Origin: Candidatus Brocadiia bacterium
Lineage (GTDB): Bacteria; Planctomycetota; Brocadiia; SM23-32
NCBI GenBank assembly: GCA_046538485.1
Contig: JBKHIT010000001.1
Coordinates: 128,001-192,000, forward strand
Direction of reading: 5' to 3'
Length of the DNA: 64,000 bases
Of the stretch, positions 58,401-64,000 are shown in pieces. Each line of letters begins with the position of its first letter. Position 1 is the stretch's first letter. The position numbers and the translations under genes were made by a program. The notes under the pieces were generated by a model that saw only the letters and a program-made list of their open reading frames with translations, was not told where the DNA came from and did not search any database.

Positions 58401-59173
58401 CCCGCCCGCTGATAGACTACGCTCGAGAGGGCAAACCGCTGAAAGATGTACCGGTTCTGGATGTCCATGCCCACATCGGCGGCATGGCTGGATGGAACCC
58501 TCCCCCTCTGAAAGATCAGGTGGCTGAAATGGATCGTCTTGGCATCGATACAGCCGTCGTCAGTTCATGCCTGGCGCTTACAGGGGCCATCCAAAGAGGA
58601 AATGATGAAGTGATTGAAGCTCACCGGCGTTTTCCCGATCAAATACTGGGCTATTGCCATGTCAGCGGAAATTATCCTGAAGAGATGCTGCCCGAACTCG
58701 AACGTTGCTTCAAATCTGGCGCCTTTGTGGGCATCAAAATTTACGATGTCGGTTGTCCGTACGATAGCGATCTTTTCCAGCCAACCTGGGAATTCGCACG
58801 AGAATATAGCTTCCCTGTGCTGGCGCATACATGGGGCGGAAATATAGAAAGTTATCAACGTACCGCTGAGGCAAACCCTGATATTGCATTTCTGGCGGCC
58901 CACGCCGGTAGCAGTTTTGCCTATAAACCCTATATAGAAGCCGCCTGCCGACACGAAAATTTTTACCTCGACCTGACATACTCCCGGGAACACACCAATA
59001 TGATCGAACACTTCGCTGAATGCCTTGGCCCCGATCAACTTGTATGGGGAAGCGACGCGCCCTGTTTTAGTATGTCCCATCAGCTTGGCAAGATACTCTT
59101 TGCCCGAATCCCCGATCCCGCCAAACGCCAGATTCTCCATGATAATGCCGCGAAACTTTTGGCCCCGGCATGA
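58397..59173 (+). CDS. Amidohydrolase_2 family metallohydrolase
   Basis: DVHAH, GIKIY, PVLAH, AAHAG, WGSDAP, ILHDNAAKL; ATGA overlap with the upstream gene. Confidence 0.85.
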   Translation: MTRPLIDYAREGKPLKDVPVLDVHAHIGGMAGWNPPPLKDQVAEMDRLGIDTAVVSSCLALTGAIQRGNDEVIEAHRRFPDQILGYCHVSGNYPEEMLPELERCFKSGAFVGIKIYDVGCPYDSDLFQPTWEFAREYSFPVLAHTWGGNIESYQRTAEANPDIAFLAAHAGSSFAYKPYIEAACRHENFYLDLTYSREHTNMIEHFAECLGPDQLVWGSDAPCFSMSHQLGKILFARIPDPAKRQILHDNAAKLLAPA

Positions 59174-59339
59174 ATCTGGCTGTTCGCTGAGTCAAAACTC
59201 CCAACAAATCCCGTAATATTCGCCGGGGGCAACGCTATCCTCTCGGCAAAAAGAGAGAAGCAAAATCTTTCAGTACCACATGTCCATTGCCGCTCGAAAC
59301 TGGTCTGGGCGATGATAAGGCTGGTCTCTTCCCCAGGAT

Positions 59340-59970
59340 TTGGTGCCCTGGGACTGTGTCGGTTACCGCCCGGATCGACGTAAGAAAACGCCCGCCACGT
59401 ATCCCATTCATAGTACGTCGTCTGAGTGTAATACCCGAGAGGAACAGCCCGTGAATTGGTCCCTTCCACATACTCGGTCACCCATTCGCAACTCCCTCCG
59501 CCTTCCACCACGTTCATGCCCCGGGGATCCGCCGGCTGATGACACGTCGCGTAATCATACATGAAGGCCCGATGATCGGGGATCTTGTAGCGGAACAAGT
59601 TGTCGAGCAAAAACGCCTTGTGGGCTCCATTGCTGTCCCGACCAGCTTTGCCGATCCGGGAATGCCGACGCGCATCCCCTCCGGCCCAATACCACGTCCC
59701 GAATCCCGCCGGCCAGTAGTCGAACGAAAACCGATGACCGTTGCTCCAATGCCTGCGCCGGAACTCTGAGCCCGGGCAACTCAACAAACCATGCCCTTTT
59801 TCATCCGGGAATCGGGGGACAGTGGCCGTATAGGTCTGAATGTTATCAATCGGCACCCCACCGTACCTTGGTTCCTTCGTATAAAGCGTTATTTGAACGT
59901 AATCATGCACCCAGACCTGCATGCATTTCCCCCACGAACTTCCCCGGCCGACAGTCGCCCAAACAGCGGG
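59340..59970 (-). pseudogene. Headless fragment of a prepilin-like (DUF1559-like) gene
   Basis: LLSCPG and CHQPADPRGMNVVEGGGSCEWV match the C-terminal motifs of the intact paralogues. There is no FTLIELL N-terminus; upstream, the frame runs into a REP remnant and stops at 60004-60006. Boundaries approximate. Confidence 0.55.
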
Positions 59971-60037
59971 CTCCTCGCAATAACGTTCTAAACGTGTTCC
60001 TGGTCATTACGAGCGGAGCGACGCAATCTCGTCGTTT
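59971..60037. repeat. Degenerate copies of the GTCATTGCGAG palindromic element
   Basis: ctcctcgcaataac and gtcattacgagcggagcgacgcaatctcgtcgttt. Confidence 0.65.
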
Positions 60038-60138
60038 GCCGGAACCCGTAAATTCAATTGTCACGGAGCACGGGCGTTGTCAAATAGCGAAATGTCCCAC
60101 AACGCATATTTCTCCTGTACCGCTGATCGTTGAGGTCC

Positions 60139-63100
60139 ATGAGATTTTGCCGTAAGCTGAGATGGCCCATGAGAAACCAAAAAGAAAATAGAAATATCCC
60201 CGCTCCCGCTCTGCTCAGTGAAGAGGGTCTCCATCCCGATCTGGTAGCCCGCCCCCTGGTAGAGGCCGGTTTTGAACTGGACTCCGCCCCGTTTGAAAAA
60301 ATCCCGGACCTTCTGGACAAAAACAATTACAACGTATTGATTCTGGGCCGTTTTCACCTGATGCGTCATACAAAACAGGAAGAACGCGCTTACATGCGGC
60401 GTCTGGGGGAAGCCATTGAGCGATTTCTTCGGTGCGGCGGCGGCGTTTTCATATCGGTGCCGGCTCTGCAGGTCGTCCCCTTTGATCTTGCTCTCGACCG
60501 TTTCGGATGCCGGTTCCTGCCGCTCAACATTCAGCAGAAAGAAAACGTCATTCGCCCCTCCGAAGGAAGCTGGGGGGGACGAGCCTACGCTTATACAAGC
60601 GAAATCCACCCCGGGGACAGCAAGATTGCCCGGGACATCGAAGGGATCTGGTATCCTTTGAGTATGGGACACGCACCGGCCACCTGGCCTGTCAGCACGG
60701 ACCAGAACTGGCGCACCGTGGTCGCCGGTGCTCCCGATAGCCATACGGAAGCAAGGGATCAAGAAGGGTACGGCTTACCAGGAGAGGAAATGGTTGGCTT
60801 TGACTCGTCCGTTCCCATTCTGGCAACACGCGAGGATATGCCCGGTCGGCTGGCCGTGTGCGGAATTCCCGGCCCCTTCTACCTCTACCCCCCGCACAAT
60901 TGTCCGATCGCCGAACCTCTTCTGTCAGACGGTTTTGACGATAAAACATCTGATCTACGAATGCTCATTAAAAACTTATTAAGATGGCTCTCCGAACCGT
61001 CCCGCCAAGCGATGGAACCGGGAGGTCCACGAACCAATCCCGAGGTGCTGAGGCCCCAGGTGCCCCGTTTCCCCGAAGATCCACCCACAAAATGGGCTGA
61101 GCGGGAATTCCCGCCTGATCCCGTCCCGCGACGGGGCATGATCGGGGCCCGAACCACACATTCAACGGGAAAAGTGTCCGTCGAGGATTATGTCGAAAAG
61201 GCCCGCAAAGCCGGCCACGATTTCATCGTCTTCCTGGAAGATTTCAAAGAGCTGAATGAAGAAAAACTCCAGTCACTGAAAACCGTCTGCGAGAAACACA
61301 CCACCGAGGAGTTCTGGGCGGTGCCCGGATATACCTTCGAGGACGTGGTCGGATCCCACTACTTTGTTTTTGGTTGGGAGATCCAACGGCCGCTCGATGA
61401 CGTTCTTTCGGAAGATGGGCAAAAACTGGCGGCCCGCGCGCCGGGGGACGGACGGTCCCGCGGGCGCATTGAAAACGCGCATCTCTCCTTCACTTTCGGG
61501 GAACTCGGCCAGCGCTGCCGGAAAGGATCGTATCGGCACGATGCGAATCCGAAGATGTTCATCGATAACAGGTTCAACGATTCTATCGGACTGGTCACTT
61601 GGCAAAACGGAACGGTCATCGACGACCAGCGGCACCGCTATCATTACCTCATGGACAAAGGCGTGCGGCTGAATCCGACGGTGTTGACTCTCATGAATGA
61701 TCTGGATGATTTTGACCGGGTGCTGGAAGCCGGCTGGCTGAATGTGCTGAGCGACCCCTACGAAAATATGCAAAATCGCGTGCTGCGCAAGCGTATGGCG
61801 CCGGAACTGGAATGGTGGGGCAAGATAGACGAGCAAGCCAACGAAGACCCAAAATACTATTTCGATTCCTGGCAGTACGGCCGGCCGTTCCAGTCAATTA
61901 CCAACGGACCCGTGATACGAACCTGGGCGGTGAGCGCCTCCGATCGGGATTCAGAATGGCGTGCTCCGGACAATGAAATCCCGCCCACCGCCGATTGGTT
62001 TCGCACCGACGTCACGCAGCTGCGAATTCGCATCCGTGCGGCCTCCGAAATAGGACTCCACGAAGTCCGTTTGCTGGACGGAGATCGTCTCATCCGCCGA
62101 TGGCAATGTTCAGGCTCCACCGACTGGGAGAAGGAACTCGACCTGCAACATCACCAGCAGGTGCATCTCATGCTCGAAGTTCGAGACATCGAAGGCGGTT
62201 CGTCGTTCACATCCGATTTCCTGACCTATCGCCGCGACTGGTGTGAGTTCTACTGTGCCGATCGGAATAATCCGCTCTGTATCGGCTACCAGAAAGACGA
62301 AAAGGGATACGCGGATAACTGGGCCGGCACCGAACACCTCACTTACAACAACGGACAATGGGGCGGAAACAGTCCCTGGATCGGGAAATGGTGGTATGAG
62401 GAAGATCGCATACGGCCGGTCCCCCGGGATCCGATCCATGATGAAACGATGCCAGTTGACGGAGGAGTCGGCGAAGCCGGTGCAGGGCTGAAAATAAGGG
62501 TGAACATGCCGGATCTGCATCCGCCGGAACGAGGGTTGATGCTCGAGCCGTTTCAGAGACTCATCAGCACCGACGTCGCGATCTGTGAGTTCGTCTGTGA
62601 CCGCGGCTACAAACCGGACGCTCCCTATTTTTTCGACAGTGAAGAGGGATTTGGGCTCTACGGCGCCTACCCGACGCGTTATCTTGAAGTCACCAGAAGA
62701 GGAATTGTTTTTCGGCCCCGCCCCCATTCCTTCACAACGCTCCTTTATGATTACACATTCGGCTGGAAGAAAGATCCGAAACTCGACGTGCCGTTGCGGA
62801 TCGGCACTATCAACGGAAGATCTCCGTGCAATCTGTATCGAACCGCGGACACCAAAAAAAAAGGTGAACATTGGCAGCTCAGCGGACACGGGATACGAAT
62901 GGAAAAACGGTGAATGGCTCGTTTGCTGGAGCGAGGGAGCCCGACCGGCAATCTTCATCAACGAAGGGGACGATCTCCTTCTAATCGGCGAAAAAGGCGG
63001 CGGATCAAGCATCTACCTGCCCGAAGAAAATCTCCCGGCATACCGGGATGATGCCCATGTTTGTTTCGCCGCGATCGGCGGGACGCACGATCATACCGAC

Positions 63101-63631
63101 GATAATATTGTGGGAAAAATCAGGACAAGCATGGGATTCGCAGGACCTCTGGAATGTGACGTGGATGTCGAACAGGGACGAATCCTCGGACAGCAACTCC
63201 TTCTCGATCTGGAGGCGGAAGAAGGGGGAGCAGCCTTTGAGATTTCAGAAGCCAATCTGCCGATGGCGCTTCCTATTACAGTTCGGAATTTGAACGATCA
63301 CTGGCCCGTGGTGCTGGTCGACCGCAGAACTCACCGCTGGAGACCGTTGGGCATTCTGGATGGCACGGCATACGCGACCCTCGATACGCGCGGCCGCCGT
63401 TCGTCGCTGTTCATCGGACATCCTTGCAAGACAAACCACGAGAACGTGGTTATATCCCTGGCCCAGGTAGCCGAGGACAAATATGTCGTGGAATTTCACA
63501 ATCCTTGTGACCATACAATCGACTGCTCCGTTCAACAATCCCCGTATTTTGATTTTGTTGAACTCGGCAAGAAAGACCTGCAACTCGCGCCCGGCAAGTC
63601 ACAGACGTTTCGGATAAAAGCTTTGGCTTGA
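60139..63631 (+). pseudogene. Large PHP-like domain protein split by a frameshift at an A9 tract (or a sequencing error)
   Basis: ORFs 60130..62913 and 62585..63631 join into one frame if A9 at 62854-62862 is A8; degenerate PHP motif IGARTTHSTG...ARKAGHDFIVFLEDF. Confidence 0.7.
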
Positions 63632-63669
63632 TTTAAGTGGTCCTGCAGCTCCCTCATAATGGCCGGCAG

Positions 63670-63960
63670 AATTGCTCCCTACGGGTCGTGCGCTGGCAGC
63701 CCATATGCGGTGTTGCAGTTCGGCGTGGACCCTTTTGGGTCGAACTTCTCACTGCGCCTTGCATCTGAACCATCGACGACCGGCTGAACACACAAACTCA
63801 AGTGGACTAGCCCGCCGGAGGCGGGCGTTTCAGAGTTAGCGCGAGGTGAGTGAGGCCACTATGGGGCCGAGCGAACTCTGGGTGAGAGCAAGCCCATCAA
63901 CCGCGGATCGCCTCTCCGGAGGCGAGGGCCACGAACATAGTTCGCGCGATCCGCTACATT
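63670..63960. repeat. Cluster of REP/MITE-like palindromes
   Basis: atatgcggtgttgcag...ctgcgccttgcatct; cccgccggaggcggg; tcgcctctccggaggcga. Confidence 0.5.
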
Positions 63961-64000
63961 ACCAGACCATCATCCTCAACCCCGGACTTCCCCGCTCCGC

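Noticed and set aside
1..64000. tRNA, rRNA or known riboswitches
   Set aside because: None recognised by eye in the intergenic regions; a covariance-model scan would be needed to exclude them.

Overview
Bacterial genomic window, most likely from a PVC-superphylum organism resembling a planctomycete. This is inferred from several [13 protein letters not shown] prepilin-like genes, a TPR-alphaCTD protein and DUF4838-type proteins. The left half is largely housekeeping: asnB-like, yajC-tgt-spoIID-queH-ruvB-ruvA, kdsA, nadD, glyA, dinB, efp and an NDK-like gene. The right half (about 30-64 kb) is an accessory carbohydrate-utilisation region with an esterase, a sulfatase, large secreted proteins, a GH106-like enzyme, sugar redox/deacetylase/aminotransferase genes and further prepilin-like genes, with REP-like palindromes between them. 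The main finding is at the left edge. The 5' end of a group II intron (minus strand, starting GTGTGCCC at 384) is inserted inside the FTLIE|L methylation motif of a prepilin-like gene that the ORF track does not call. Its putative EBS1 (GUUCGAU) and EBS2 (CGUAAA) pair with this motif. Through G-U wobble, EBS1 accepts the synonymous codings ATY-GAR-Y, so the intron appears adapted to a conserved motif of a large paralogous gene family. Other oddities: DinB has Tyr at the first catalytic Asp and a CTAT-N8-ATAG palindrome in its promoter, EF-P has a non-canonical loop (VGKK), there is a headless prepilin cassette, and a large gene is split by a poly-A frameshift. All family assignments come from reading motifs by eye; no database searches were run.
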